A stretch of 64,000 nt of DNA from a bacterium. Its GTDB lineage: Bacteria > UBA10199 > 2-02-FULL-50-16 > JAJFLM01. Below the pieces are notes generated by a model. That model did no database searches. It had not been told where the DNA came from and saw nothing but the letters and a program-made list of their open reading frames with translations. The stretch is taken from NCBI GenBank assembly GCA_965216315.1, contig CBDCFN010000016.1, positions 2,048,001 to 2,112,000 on the forward strand, in the 5' to 3' direction. The translations under genes were made by a program, and so were the position numbers. Below are positions 1 through 10,389 of this stretch, piece after piece (positions within the stretch are counted from its first letter, which is position 1; every line of letters begins with the position of its first letter).

Positions 1-1
1 C

Positions 2-499
2 GCCCGTTTCCTGCAGGGTCATCTCTGGGTCACCTCACGATCACCCCAATTGGAGCCACCTCCCAGTACCCAACTTGCCGGTTATGACGCCAAAGGCAAT
101 GCCAGGATCATCGATATTCACGGCAACCTCCAACCCCGGCTACCCTTTGTCGAACTGGGTGAGGCCACCTATCTTTGGAACAACACTGGCTTGGGACTGC
201 CGTTCCCATTTTACCGATTTGTGGGTTCGGTCGTGGACCTTGAAGTGATTGATCCGCTCAACGACCCCGAAGCGGGCGACTTCTTCGCCAGTCACGAGGA
301 TTACCTCCGGGCCTTCCAAGAAGCGAGTGAGGACTACAAACAAGCCGGGGCCATGCTCGAGGAGGATGAGGAATTTTTCCTCGAGGCGGCCGCCGCCGAT
401 CCCCCTCTCACGATGACACAAGTCTACAAACTCAATTATGAGGGGGGATTTGCGGATCCCGACCGACCAAACTGTACCGCCTTGGATGATGATCGCTAG
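2..499 (+). CDS. C-terminal part of an alpha/beta-hydrolase-domain protein (5' truncated by window edge)
   Basis: Frame open from base 2 (ARFLQGHLWV...EPPPS). 'DAKGNA...RLP' and 'SHEDYLRAF...GAMLEED' resemble the C-terminus of the uncharacterised alpha/beta hydrolase domain family. Confidence 0.55.
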   Translation, partial: ARFLQGHLWVTSRSPQLEPPPSTQLAGYDAKGNARIIDIHGNLQPRLPFVELGEATYLWNNTGLGLPFPFYRFVGSVVDLEVIDPLNDPEAGDFFASHEDYLRAFQEASEDYKQAGAMLEEDEEFFLEAAAADPPLTMTQVYKLNYEGGFADPDRPNCTALDDDR

Positions 500-544
500 T
501 TGACATCCGGCCTCAAAACCCTAAGTCTCCCATCAGGGTGACAG

Positions 545-1306
545 ATGCTCCATACGCTTAATCTCATCGGCTCGACGTTCAGCTCCAGCGTGGAACTGCT
601 ACGCGGACTGTGGGCGCATCCCGCCGCCGTCAAACCGGAAAAAACGCTCATCCTCTACGACATGGAAGGCTGCCCTTATTGTCGGCTCGTCAGAGAAGCG
701 CTTACCGAACTGGACCTGGATGTCATGATTCGTCCCTGCCCCAAGGGCGGGACCCGCTTTCGCCCGGAAATGAAAAAGCTCGGCGGAAAAGAACAGTTCC
801 CCTTTCTCGTTGACCCTAATAACGGGCGCTGCCTCTATGAATCCGCGGATATCATCGCTTATCTGTTTGAAACTTATGGCCAGCGGAAACGACCATTAAA
901 GTGGCGCGCGCGTTTTATCAATCTGCCGTCCGCAATGGTAACGTCGATCAGCCGCTTCGGCGCCGGAAGCTGGGTGAAGCCCTCAACAGCTCCCTCACAA
1001 CCGCTGGAGCTCTATAGTTTTGAGGCCAGTCCCTACGCCCGTATGGTCCGCGAACTGATGTGCACTCTGGAACTACCCTATCTCCTGCACAACGTAGGTA
1101 AATCGGACTGGAATGACTTTCTCCTCCCGCCCATCCGGCAGAAGTTTTTCCCGGAGCTCCCGGTCAGCGGTGCCAACCGTCAGGCATTCAAGCAGCGCGC
1201 CGGCAAGATTTCGGTGCCTTATCTCGTCGACCCGAACACCAATGTGGCGATGTTTGAGTCGGCGGATATCAAAAAGTATCTTCTTAAAACTTACGCCGTT
1301 CAGTGA
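545..1306 (+). CDS. Tandem GST-N/glutaredoxin-like domain protein
   Basis: Two repeats of the thioredoxin-fold unit: LYDMEGCPYCRLVRE...PFLVDPN...YESADII and LYSFEASPYARMVRE...PYLVDPN...FESADI. Confidence 0.85.
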   Translation: MLHTLNLIGSTFSSSVELLRGLWAHPAAVKPEKTLILYDMEGCPYCRLVREALTELDLDVMIRPCPKGGTRFRPEMKKLGGKEQFPFLVDPNNGRCLYESADIIAYLFETYGQRKRPLKWRARFINLPSAMVTSISRFGAGSWVKPSTAPSQPLELYSFEASPYARMVRELMCTLELPYLLHNVGKSDWNDFLLPPIRQKFFPELPVSGANRQAFKQRAGKISVPYLVDPNTNVAMFESADIKKYLLKTYAVQ

Positions 1307-1986
1307 TTCATATCGATATGAAAATATTCAATCGCACCCCGACTCAGTGTTAAATCGACATAATAAGGACTATTGAACAACCTTAATGACTTGAGCACAG
1401 TGTCATAGAGAGAAAAGGCTGAGCGATCCAATTCCATTCGCACCTTAACGGGTTTACCTCCCAAGCGCACTTGCGTCGTCGCGGCGGCAATTCGGCACCG
1501 GCGAGGATCGACGCTCCGCTTCTGTAAAATCCCTGGAATATCTGCACGTCCGTAGCGGCGAATGGATCGTACACTTTTGAGCGTGAGTGGCGATTGAAAC
1601 GAAACATTCAAAAATGTTTTGTACTGAAGCCTGCCGGTATCGATTGAGCAGTCGCCTCGTTTCTGCCCTTGCACCAACTTTCGTAAAGTACGGCGCTGCT
1701 GTCTGGCTTGTTTCAGGGCACGGTTGATCAGTAAACGATATGCCTGGGCGTCCGCTTGGCTTGAACGAAACTGACACCAACCGGTATTATCCTCAACGTT
1801 GAAGGAACAACGAGTCTTAGAGCTGTTAGACCGCAAGACAACATCGCCGGCATCAAACTTCGCATTGCCGTTTCTATCCAAGATAATTAGATATTTTCCG
1901 GAAGCGCCGTCCGCACGACGCTTATCTTCAAGCACGACAGCCGTCTGCTTGCGAAAAGTTGCAACCTGAGTAATGGAATAGCGCAC
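1300..1986 (-). CDS. Hypothetical basic protein
   Basis: 228-aa ORF, GTG start preceded by GAGGTGAG; one DRNGNAKFDAGD Ca-loop-like motif; no family recognised. Confidence 0.55.
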   Translation of the reverse strand: MRYSITQVATFRKQTAVVLEDKRRADGASGKYLIILDRNGNAKFDAGDVVLRSNSSKTRCSFNVEDNTGWCQFRSSQADAQAYRLLINRALKQARQQRRTLRKLVQGQKRGDCSIDTGRLQYKTFLNVSFQSPLTLKSVRSIRRYGRADIPGILQKRSVDPRRCRIAAATTQVRLGGKPVKVRMELDRSAFSLYDTVLKSLRLFNSPYYVDLTLSRGAIEYFHIDMNH

Positions 1987-1996
1987 CTCACCTCTA

Positions 1997-2022
1997 TCAT
2001 CGCCGTTGCCGCTAAAGAGTTG
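1997..2022 (-). promoter_or_regulatory. Putative sigma28(FliA)-like promoter
   Basis: Minus strand CAAC-N14-GGCGATGA ending 10 nt before the GTG; same architecture as 29936-29961 and 57300-57325. Confidence 0.4.
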
Positions 2023-2095
2023 CTTTTCCTAGCCTTCCAATCCTTGCCAAGTATTGCTTTACTAACCCGTTCAAGCATTTTAAATCATGATTCCC

Positions 2096-3283
2096 ATGCG
2101 GATCTGCCACATCACCACCTTCTGGCCCAACCACCTGGGGCACACGCATTATACGGATGCCCTGATAAAAGGAATCCAAAAGACCCAACCCGACAAGCAC
2201 TATATTGCTGCGGAAATTCCGGCGGATCAGGTCGATACTCACGAGTATCAGTGCCTCCCCTGTTTCCGACGTGACGAAGATTATGTTCCCGGCATTGTTG
2301 AAGGCGTTAAGTCCATGCAAGCCGATATTGCACTGATCCAATATTCCAATGATCTGTTTGGTGACGACAATCGCTTGCCTATGCTCTTACAACGACTCAA
2401 AGCCGCAGGAATTCCCACCGTCGTACTGAATCATTCTGTTTATCCCGTGAAATGGAAAACAAAATATCAGCCGGGTCAGGATGCGGCGCATTTTGATCGA
2501 GCCGTCGCAGAGTTTGCCAGCTGCATGTTGGTGCACACCAATCGTATGAAGCAAGATCTGCTCGATCGGGGCGTTGACGCCAATAAGATTGTTGTCATCC
2601 CTCACGGTACGATTGCCATGCCGCAGCGAGATCCCGCAGCGAGCCGGCGGGCCCTGGACCTGCCGATTAATTCTAAGGTCGTCCTCTTTTTCGGATTTAT
2701 CTGGCTGGGCAAGGGACTTGATTTTCTGTTGAGCGCCTTCGCCAAGACGGCCAAAGAACTCCCCGATGCTCATCTCTATATTGGCGGCTACACCCGCCAT
2801 AAGTTATTTTATACAAAGATGTATATGAAATATCTTCGTGCGCGTATCAAAGCGCTCGGCATCGCCGAACGAACCCGCTTGTGGGGCGATTATGTTCCCG
2901 ATGAACTGGTCCCGACGATTTTTTCGGCCGCCGACCTCGTCGCCTTTCCCTACCGGCAAGATTACAGTTCGGTGAGTGGGGTCGCTCATCAAACCGCGGG
3001 CCTGGGCAAGCCGATGCTCTGTTCCCGCATCGCCAAGTTCGAGGAAATCGGCGAATCGATTTCCCCTCAGCTGTTGCTGGATCCTAAAGACAAACGCGCG
3101 TGGGCCGAGGCGATGACTCGTTTGTTGACTGATAAGGACTGGGCCGATGAAATCCGCACTAAAACCCGGCGATTTGCAGCCAACACCTCCTGGGAAGTGC
3201 TTGGCAAACAGCATTTAGCCCTCTATAAGGTCTTGATTGAAGGCAAACCGGCAGCGAACGTCTCGTTCGCCTCAGCGGCCTAG
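2096..3283 (+). CDS. Glycosyltransferase family 4 (GT-B)
   Basis: MRICHIT start (alternative ATG at 2087), IPHG, FFGFIWLGKGLD and ADLVAFPY...SGV motifs. Confidence 0.9.
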   Translation: MRICHITTFWPNHLGHTHYTDALIKGIQKTQPDKHYIAAEIPADQVDTHEYQCLPCFRRDEDYVPGIVEGVKSMQADIALIQYSNDLFGDDNRLPMLLQRLKAAGIPTVVLNHSVYPVKWKTKYQPGQDAAHFDRAVAEFASCMLVHTNRMKQDLLDRGVDANKIVVIPHGTIAMPQRDPAASRRALDLPINSKVVLFFGFIWLGKGLDFLLSAFAKTAKELPDAHLYIGGYTRHKLFYTKMYMKYLRARIKALGIAERTRLWGDYVPDELVPTIFSAADLVAFPYRQDYSSVSGVAHQTAGLGKPMLCSRIAKFEEIGESISPQLLLDPKDKRAWAEAMTRLLTDKDWADEIRTKTRRFAANTSWEVLGKQHLALYKVLIEGKPAANVSFASAA

Positions 3284-3292
3284 AGGAAAACC

Positions 3293-4342
3293 ATGTTGAT
3301 TCGCGGCAAAGCCCCCTTGCGTGTCAGTTTTGCGGGGGGCGGTTCAGATGTCTCCCCCTACTGTGATAAATACGGGGGCTGTGTCTTATCAACGACGATC
3401 GGGATGTACGCCTACGGCGCGCTAGAGGTACGTTCTGATCAGCAAGTTCATATTTGCTCTCTCGATTACAACCAAACCTTAAAATATGAATTAGGGAGTG
3501 AAATCAATCCCGGCGATAATCTCGCCTTTCTCCAGTCGGTCATTGAACGTTTGAAACCGCCCTCGGGACTCAACTTATACCTTCATTGTGACGCCCCGCC
3601 GGGAACCGGCTTGGGCTCTTCCGGTACTATTTCCGCCTTGATTATCGGCCTGCTCAACAATGCCTTTAATATGAAGATGACGAAAGGAGATATGGCGCAA
3701 GTTGCCTACGAAATCGAACATGATGATCTCGGCCGTGCCGTCGGTCGGCAAGACCATTACGCCGCCGTCTATGGAGGTATGAACTTCATCGAATTCGGAA
3801 AAGAGACTTCGGTTGTCTACCCAATCCGCGTCGAACCGTGGATCTTGGAGGAACTCGGTTATCAGCTCCAAATGTTCTACACTCAAAAAAAACGCGACTC
3901 ATCGGATATCGTCGCCAACCAAATCAAATTTTACGAACAGGAACGCAAAGAAACCCTCGAGGCGTTGGCTAAAATGAAGGGACTCGCCCAAGAGATGCAG
4001 GAATGCCTGATTCAAGGTCAATTGCATCGTTTTGGCGAATTACTCCATGAAGGCTGGCTCGCCAAAAAAAGAATGAACCCGGGAACAGTCAACCCCTTCC
4101 TTGAAGACCTTTACACGACCGCGTTAGCAAACGGGGCGATTGGCGGTAAAATAACCGGTGCCGGCGGTGGTGGTTTCTTTGTCTTCTTTACTCCGTTTAT
4201 CCAAAAAAAGGCCGTCGCCGATGCCTTGAATGCCAAGGGAGCGCAACCGGTTCCCTTCTTACTCGATTTTAAAGGACTCCAAACCTGGGAAGTGGCTGAT
4301 CAGAGTTTAGGTGACGTCGGCGAAGGGATATTTGATCATTGA
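3293..4342 (+). CDS. hddA: D-glycero-alpha-D-manno-heptose-7-phosphate kinase (GHMP family)
   Basis: APLRVSFAGGGSD, PPGTGLGSSG, GRQDHYAA, GGKITGAGGGG; operon context with gmhA/gmhB. Confidence 0.88.
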   Translation: MLIRGKAPLRVSFAGGGSDVSPYCDKYGGCVLSTTIGMYAYGALEVRSDQQVHICSLDYNQTLKYELGSEINPGDNLAFLQSVIERLKPPSGLNLYLHCDAPPGTGLGSSGTISALIIGLLNNAFNMKMTKGDMAQVAYEIEHDDLGRAVGRQDHYAAVYGGMNFIEFGKETSVVYPIRVEPWILEELGYQLQMFYTQKKRDSSDIVANQIKFYEQERKETLEALAKMKGLAQEMQECLIQGQLHRFGELLHEGWLAKKRMNPGTVNPFLEDLYTTALANGAIGGKITGAGGGGFFVFFTPFIQKKAVADALNAKGAQPVPFLLDFKGLQTWEVADQSLGDVGEGIFDH

Positions 4343-5073
4343 ATCCAACGCCGTTAACACAACGTATTTTCATACTAGCCGGCGGCAAGGGAACCCGACT
4401 TCAATCCGCCGTACCGGCAACAGCAAAAATACTGGCTCCGGTCCTTGAGCGCACTTTTTTAGATTACCTGCTCGACCACCTCTATTCACTCGGTTTTAGA
4501 AAATACGTCTTCTTGCTGGGATATCGATGTAAGGAAGTGCAAGCTCATCTTCAAAAAGTCCGGACTCGTTATGAAGATATTGAAATCGAAACCTCAGTGG
4601 AAGAAATCGCTGCCGGCACCGCGGGCGCCTTAAAAATTGCTGAAAAGTTCTGTAATGATACTTTCTTTCTCATCAATGGCGATACCTACTATGGCTTTGA
4701 TCCGCTTGACCTCCTCCGCGCACATAAACAATCTCAAGCCATGATAACCATGGCGAGTCTTCATATCGAAGATACGAGTCGGTATGGAACTCTCGATACG
4801 GCAAAAAATGGGCGTGTCATCGCTTTCCGAGAAAAAGAGGGTCAACCAAAACAAGGGATAATCAGTGCCGGGGTTTATGTCGTCGATTCACGACTCCTTG
4901 AGTTCATACCCTTCAATAAGGAGGTTTCCATCGAGCATGAGACCTTTCCGCAATTATTGGCCGCTGGAGAGAAGATTCAAGCTGTCCGCCAACAGGGCAC
5001 TTTTTTTGACATTGGAACACCCGCAAGCTATAGCCATTTCGAAGACTTTCTAAGCAAGTTGAGCCATGACTAA
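4339..5073 (+). CDS. hddC: Heptose-1-phosphate guanylyltransferase-like nucleotidyltransferase
   Basis: ILAGGKGTRL, GTAGAL, NGDTY, FFDIGTP; TTG start overlapping the hddA stop. Confidence 0.82.
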   Translation: MNPTPLTQRIFILAGGKGTRLQSAVPATAKILAPVLERTFLDYLLDHLYSLGFRKYVFLLGYRCKEVQAHLQKVRTRYEDIEIETSVEEIAAGTAGALKIAEKFCNDTFFLINGDTYYGFDPLDLLRAHKQSQAMITMASLHIEDTSRYGTLDTAKNGRVIAFREKEGQPKQGIISAGVYVVDSRLLEFIPFNKEVSIEHETFPQLLAAGEKIQAVRQQGTFFDIGTPASYSHFEDFLSKLSHD

Positions 5074-5671
5074 GACGAATCCGAATAACCTAGACGCCTT
5101 CATCCGCGAAACGATTCAGTCGAACCGCAATGTGACTGAATGCCTGACGTCACTGACCCCGGCCATAAGTGAAGCGGCGGAAATCATGGCACATGCTTAT
5201 CAGCAAGGGGGCAAGTGCATCTTTTTCGGCAATGGAGGAAGTGCTGCCGATGCCCAGCACCTCGCGGCCGAACTGGAATGTCGCTTTACGGTCGATCGCC
5301 GGCCCCTGCCGGCGCTGGCCTTACACACCAATACGTCTTCGGTCACCGCTATTTCGAACGATTATTCCTACGAAGAAATTTTTGTACGCTCGCTCCGCGC
5401 ACATGCTCAGCCCAACGATGTTGCCGTCGCCATTTCAACAAGTGGGAGTTCAAAAAATGTCCTGGCCGCCGCAAGGCTCAAAAAAGAATTGTCGTTTAAG
5501 CTCATTGCATTAACAGGTGAAAAAAGTACGTCATTAGAGGAGATGGCCGATGTTTTGATTGCCGTCCCGTCGCAAACCACGGCCCGCATCCAAGAGGCGC
5601 ACATTCTGATCGGCCATATTCTATGCGAATGGGTCGAACGCAAACTTTTTGTTCTCGATGAATCTAAATAA
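5066..5671 (+). CDS. gmhA: Phosphoheptose (sedoheptulose-7-P) isomerase
   Basis: GNGGSAADAQHLAAE, ISNDY, ISTSGSS, TARIQEAH. Confidence 0.95.
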   Translation: MTKTNPNNLDAFIRETIQSNRNVTECLTSLTPAISEAAEIMAHAYQQGGKCIFFGNGGSAADAQHLAAELECRFTVDRRPLPALALHTNTSSVTAISNDYSYEEIFVRSLRAHAQPNDVAVAISTSGSSKNVLAAARLKKELSFKLIALTGEKSTSLEEMADVLIAVPSQTTARIQEAHILIGHILCEWVERKLFVLDESK

Positions 5672-6290
5672 ACGGAGACCAGCCCTTTTTCTTGACCGTG
5701 ACGGCGTCATCAACGAGGACGTCAATTACCTGCATGATCCTGACAAACTGGTTCTCATCGAAGGTTCCGCTGATGTCATCGCCACGATGAATCAGCACGA
5801 TATCCCTGTTGTCATCATCAGCAATCAGGCAGGAATCGGTCGTGGCCTCTTTGCAGAGACCGATTTTCTAGCCGTACAAGCCAGACTTGAAAAGCTCCTG
5901 GCACAGAGTAATGCCCGCATTAATGCAAGCTATCATTGCCCTCATCACCCGACGGAAGGCCTGGGTGAGTTCAAAATCAGCTGTTCCTGTCGCAAGCCCC
6001 AACCTGGAATGTTATTGAGCGCCGCAGCCGAGTTAAAGCTCGATTTAAAAAATTCGGTCTTCGTTGGGGACAAGATGAGTGATTTGAAGGCAGGACGCGC
6101 TGCCGGTTGCCGAACGTTGCTTGTTCGCACAGGATATGGAACGGCGACTGAAAAAGATTTGGGCCAACAAGCTCTCTCCGAGCTCAGCGATGCAACCTTT
6201 GACTCACTCAAGCAAGCATTAACCGACCTGATAGAGTATTTTAAAACAGTGGGCGGTAGCGGACTGAATAGGCAAGGTACTGCATCCTGA
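5658..6290 (+). CDS. gmhB: D-glycero-D-manno-heptose-1,7-bisphosphate phosphatase (HAD)
   Basis: FLDRDGVIN, SNQAGI, CPHHP...CSCRKP, VGDKMSD. Confidence 0.93.
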   Translation: MNLNKRRPALFLDRDGVINEDVNYLHDPDKLVLIEGSADVIATMNQHDIPVVIISNQAGIGRGLFAETDFLAVQARLEKLLAQSNARINASYHCPHHPTEGLGEFKISCSCRKPQPGMLLSAAAELKLDLKNSVFVGDKMSDLKAGRAAGCRTLLVRTGYGTATEKDLGQQALSELSDATFDSLKQALTDLIEYFKTVGGSGLNRQGTAS

Positions 6291-7152
6291 ATTTAAGACG
6301 TTGTTTCAATTTCACTTTACTAAAATCACCCCAAAATAGATTGCATTCACCGCACGGTTCACACTGTGATCGTTGGCCCGACCGGTGGAGCCGCCGTACT
6401 CGCTCAGCCTTATGGTTATTAAACACCTCTAATACCGAGTGCTTCTTTACCGAGCCCCAACCATAATCACCGTTTTGATCCATACAGCAGAGCGTGGTCT
6501 CCCCGCTCACCAAAATATCCAAGCGAGTAATATGCTCGCAGGGATAGCCTGGTACGGGAAAGGTGCTGTGGATGTCTCCCTTATAATTAAACAGACCGAC
6601 TATCAGAGGCCGGACTCTGAGTTGCGCACACAACTTTAAAAACCGTAACTTTTCGCCCAACGTCGTTTCTTCTGTCGCCGTCAAACGCACAGTCAAATGC
6701 TTGGCGACCCTTCCCTTTGAATGACGCGAAGTTAAATAAAGGAGATTTTCCATGGTCCTCTCAAAGGGGAGCCCAATAGTTCGCTCATAGCGTTCTTGAT
6801 CCATCGTATTAAGCGAAATATATAAATGATCAACATCAAGCTCCCGCAATAAATCCGCCTTGCGTTGATTCAATGCCCCCCCATTTGAATAGAGTCTCAA
6901 CTTCGTTTTTGGCAATGAGCTGTTAATCAACTCCAATCTGTCAAACAGCTTTGGATCGATAAATGGCTCTCCTTGCAGAAAAGGCTCGATCGCTCCCAAA
7001 GGAAATTCGGTACAATCATGAACGATCTTTTTGAACAGATCGTCGTCCATTTGGGCCTTGTCACGGCTCAAGGCGTTGTTTGGGCAAAAATGGCAGGTCG
7101 CGTTACAGCGGTTAGTCGTCTCGATCGAAACGAGTCTCGGATACTCTTCCAT
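6241..7152 (-). CDS. Radical SAM protein with SPASM/twitch-type C-terminal domain
   Basis: ETTNRCNATCHFC (CxxxCxxC), GEP, then C-terminal PCEH...LCCMD...CEPCGEC. Confidence 0.9.
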   Translation of the reverse strand: MEEYPRLVSIETTNRCNATCHFCPNNALSRDKAQMDDDLFKKIVHDCTEFPLGAIEPFLQGEPFIDPKLFDRLELINSSLPKTKLRLYSNGGALNQRKADLLRELDVDHLYISLNTMDQERYERTIGLPFERTMENLLYLTSRHSKGRVAKHLTVRLTATEETTLGEKLRFLKLCAQLRVRPLIVGLFNYKGDIHSTFPVPGYPCEHITRLDILVSGETTLCCMDQNGDYGWGSVKKHSVLEVFNNHKAERVRRLHRSGQRSQCEPCGECNLFWGDFSKVKLKQRLKFRMQYLAYSVRYRPLF

Positions 7153-7258
7153 AACAGCGGCAAATCTAGGCTTTTCGCAGCAGCCTAGTCAAAGCAAAAG
7201 ATTGACGTATAAGACGAATCGGCATATGACTCAGCCTAAGCTCATCCAAGGAGGACAC

Positions 7259-7735
7259 ATGATCTCACGTCAATCTTTATTTCGTTTTTTGTTGCTCTTA
7301 AGCCTGCTTCCGCTTGCCGCCTGCGGCAATGGCGAAGGCGGGGGAAGCGGCAGTTGTGATTTTGATTCGCTTGAGGCGGTAACAGTTGACGCGGATGGTA
7401 CCTGGTGCATCACTGACACCAGCAGTTCATCTAATTTCGAGTGTGATGGCGAAGTTCAAGTCTTTGAAATTGAAGTCACGATTTCAGGTAACACGATTAC
7501 AGCCGTCACTCCAGGCGGGACCTTTACAGGCACCATCTCCGGCAACGAAGTTAAATGGAATGGTAGTTTTGGGGAAGACGGTGGCACGACAACGGTAAGC
7601 TGTGCCGACATTACAGTTTCCAGCGGTGGCGCCAGTCTGAGCGGCACATCGACCTGGAGTTTTAGTGACGGCACCGGCTTTAGCTGTTCCGGAACGAGTA
7701 CCGTATCGGGAACAAAAGGCCCTTGCCCTAACTAG
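7259..7735 (+). CDS. Small Ser/Thr/Gly-rich beta-strand lipoprotein
   Basis: GGAGG RBS, signal peptide with LAAC lipobox, paired Cys. Confidence 0.75.
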   Translation: MISRQSLFRFLLLLSLLPLAACGNGEGGGSGSCDFDSLEAVTVDADGTWCITDTSSSSNFECDGEVQVFEIEVTISGNTITAVTPGGTFTGTISGNEVKWNGSFGEDGGTTTVSCADITVSSGGASLSGTSTWSFSDGTGFSCSGTSTVSGTKGPCPN

Positions 7736-7757
7736 CCAGCTTATTTGCTCTCATATA

Positions 7758-7785
7758 CGGTAGGGGCGGCTTCTTGCCCCTACCG
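7758..7785. terminator. Stem-loop after lipoprotein gene (GTAG-REP-like)
   Basis: CGGTAGGGGC-N8-GCCCCTACCG, perfect 10-bp stem. Confidence 0.55.
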
Positions 7786-7868
7786 TTGCTCTTTGCAATA
7801 AATCGCTGGAATGACTCCGGTGCATTTGGGTTGCAATTAGGGGTTTTTCAACTCTAAATAGGCCGTTC

Positions 7869-10307
7869 ATGCGTTTTTCTGGCCTTCCCCAACTCTATTT
7901 ACTGGGCATCCGCTTTCCCCGGTCTGTCCTGATCGGCTCCCTCCTGCTGACAGCCATTGCTTTTTGGGGTGCCCAAAAATTGAAGATTGAAAATGACTTT
8001 ACCGCTTTCTTACCACCGGAAACGGAAAGTGTCCAAAATCTCCACCGGCTTAAAGAATACTTTGGAGGCAGTGGTTTTCTCATCGCCACGGTCGAATCCA
8101 ACAAACCAAAGCTCTCCCGCTCCTTTGCCGACGCCTATGCCGGCCTGATTCAGCAGCACCCATCCGTTATGTACGTGGATCACCCTCGTCCCGTTGATTT
8201 TTTCAAAAAACGTTTGTGGCTTTATATCGACGCCGAAGACCTCAACGAAATTGAGCGCAGAATCGATCGCAATCTCGAATTACAAGAGAAAGGCATCAGT
8301 CCCGTCTTTAACGACATTATGAGCTTCGTGGACAAAGAAGATCTTCCTGATTTCGAATTTAATGACATCCGGGAAAAGTACCAACGTGAAACCGGCTGGC
8401 AGGAAGATGTCGCTACGACCGCTGAAGACGGGAAAATGGTGATATTGCCGATCAAGATCAAACAGAGCCCTCAAAACCTCGACACCAATCGTGCTCTCAT
8501 CAGTGATCTCCGCAAAATGGAGCAGAAACTGAAACAAAAAGATGAATTTAGCGCGATCACCGTTGCCTACACTGGAAATTATCAGCAAACGATCGAACAA
8601 GCGGATCAGATTAGTTCTGAAATGACCATGGTCCTCATCGCAGTGGCTTTTCTACTCTTGCTCATCCTTTATTTTTACTTCAAAAGGATTAGTTCAGCCT
8701 TTCTAATCGGCATCCCCTTGGCTATCGGCATTGTCTGGACAGGCGGTCTCGTCTACCTGATCCTGGGACATCTCAACATTATTACGGCGTTTGCCGCGGC
8801 CATCCTAGCCGGACTCGGGAGCGATTATGGAATCTACCTGCTCACCCGCATCTTCTCGGAGCAACAGGCAGGCAATAGCTTTCGCAAGGCCTGTCACATT
8901 GCGTTTTCTCGCACCGGCTTGGCCACGCGCGCTTCCATGATTACAACACTCGGCGCTTTTTCGGCGCTTTTGTTCTCTCGGTTCGGCCTTTTCGTCGAGT
9001 TTGGCATTGTCGGCGCACTTGGTATCGTACTTAGCTATCTTGCGATCATACTCATCTTGCCCAGCCTCCTCGTTCTCTCGACCAAGATACTGGACCACCC
9101 GGCCAAGGCACATGCCCGCTTTACCCTGGGACCACGTCTCATGGCCTTCTTGGCCCCGCGTGCCGCTCTGCCCGTACTGGTCGGCGTTGCCTTGCTCGTT
9201 GCGTTCGCAACCCTCTCCTTATCAGAAGAAACGAAGGTCATCTACGAAGACGGGCTCCTCGAAAACAAGGAATTGCCCAGCTATCAGCTCAATGATCGCA
9301 TCAGTCAATCGCTTAAGATGCCGCTCAGTCCGACTCTACTAATGGTGCGTAGTCATGAGGAGGAAACCAAAGTTATATCAAAACTGGACGCACTTCTTGA
9401 GCAGGATACGGCGAATAAATTGGTATTTAATAAAGTTTACGGCCAATCGACTTTCTATCCTTCTGATCAGCAAGCCAAAAAAACAATCCTCAAGCGAATA
9501 CATGATAAGTACGGTAAACTGCGCATTGCCGCACAAAAAGAAAAAGATGAATTCCTCAATAGCCTCCAACAATCAATGACAGTGGCAGAATTCACGACCC
9601 ACGAACTACCGCAAGAAGTCAGACGCATGTTTGAATCTCAGAATGACAAAGATATTTTTGCCGTCTATTTGCGACCGGCATTCGCCCGCTCCACTTCAAG
9701 CTTATTGAAGCGCTATCATGAGGGCATTTTGTCATTGAAAACTCATGGACTTAAATTTATGGCCGTCGACGGCACCTTCGTATCGGATGATACGTTGAGA
9801 CTGATCGAACGGGAAGCGCCTCGCGGCATGTTCTTTATCCTCGCTTTCCTGTGCCTCTTCCTAGGCTTCGTTATTCAACCATTCAAACGAGCCGTCGTCA
9901 TTATGGTGCATCTTATTGCGAGTCTGATCATGCTCTCCGGAATTCTCTGGCTCTTGGAGATCCGCCTGAATGTGCTCAATATCGCCATGATCCCCATCAT
10001 CCTGGGAACGGGAATTGATAGTTTCATCCATATGAACCAACGATTTGACGAAAGTAATGACCTCACGGAGACACTTCGAAATAAAATTCTGCCGATTTTC
10101 ATCTCAAACCTGACTTCGATGGTCGGATTTGGTGGTCTGCTCCTAACATCAAGCGCCGGCCTCCGCTCCGCGGGCTGGGTCGCCGTCATCGGCATTCTCG
10201 TCATGATTTTTTTCTGTACATACGTCTTTCCTCGATACCTGAGCCTCGAGCAGGCGGAACGGTCACGGGTGTTGGCTAAATTCAAGACAAAACTAACTGA
10301 TTTTTAA
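7869..10307 (+). CDS. MMPL/RND family transporter
   Basis: 812 aa, two repeats of TM + periplasmic loop + TM bundle; GLGSDYGIY and GTGIDSFIH motifs. Confidence 0.9.
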   Translation: MRFSGLPQLYLLGIRFPRSVLIGSLLLTAIAFWGAQKLKIENDFTAFLPPETESVQNLHRLKEYFGGSGFLIATVESNKPKLSRSFADAYAGLIQQHPSVMYVDHPRPVDFFKKRLWLYIDAEDLNEIERRIDRNLELQEKGISPVFNDIMSFVDKEDLPDFEFNDIREKYQRETGWQEDVATTAEDGKMVILPIKIKQSPQNLDTNRALISDLRKMEQKLKQKDEFSAITVAYTGNYQQTIEQADQISSEMTMVLIAVAFLLLLILYFYFKRISSAFLIGIPLAIGIVWTGGLVYLILGHLNIITAFAAAILAGLGSDYGIYLLTRIFSEQQAGNSFRKACHIAFSRTGLATRASMITTLGAFSALLFSRFGLFVEFGIVGALGIVLSYLAIILILPSLLVLSTKILDHPAKAHARFTLGPRLMAFLAPRAALPVLVGVALLVAFATLSLSEETKVIYEDGLLENKELPSYQLNDRISQSLKMPLSPTLLMVRSHEEETKVISKLDALLEQDTANKLVFNKVYGQSTFYPSDQQAKKTILKRIHDKYGKLRIAAQKEKDEFLNSLQQSMTVAEFTTHELPQEVRRMFESQNDKDIFAVYLRPAFARSTSSLLKRYHEGILSLKTHGLKFMAVDGTFVSDDTLRLIEREAPRGMFFILAFLCLFLGFVIQPFKRAVVIMVHLIASLIMLSGILWLLEIRLNVLNIAMIPIILGTGIDSFIHMNQRFDESNDLTETLRNKILPIFISNLTSMVGFGGLLLTSSAGLRSAGWVAVIGILVMIFFCTYVFPRYLSLEQAERSRVLAKFKTKLTDF

Positions 10308-10389
10308 GGATATTTGAATTTCCGCCTCCACTCGCTTTTTTCCCTTCCGAATTGACTTCTCACCCGCCCCTGTATACTGAAAGGACACC

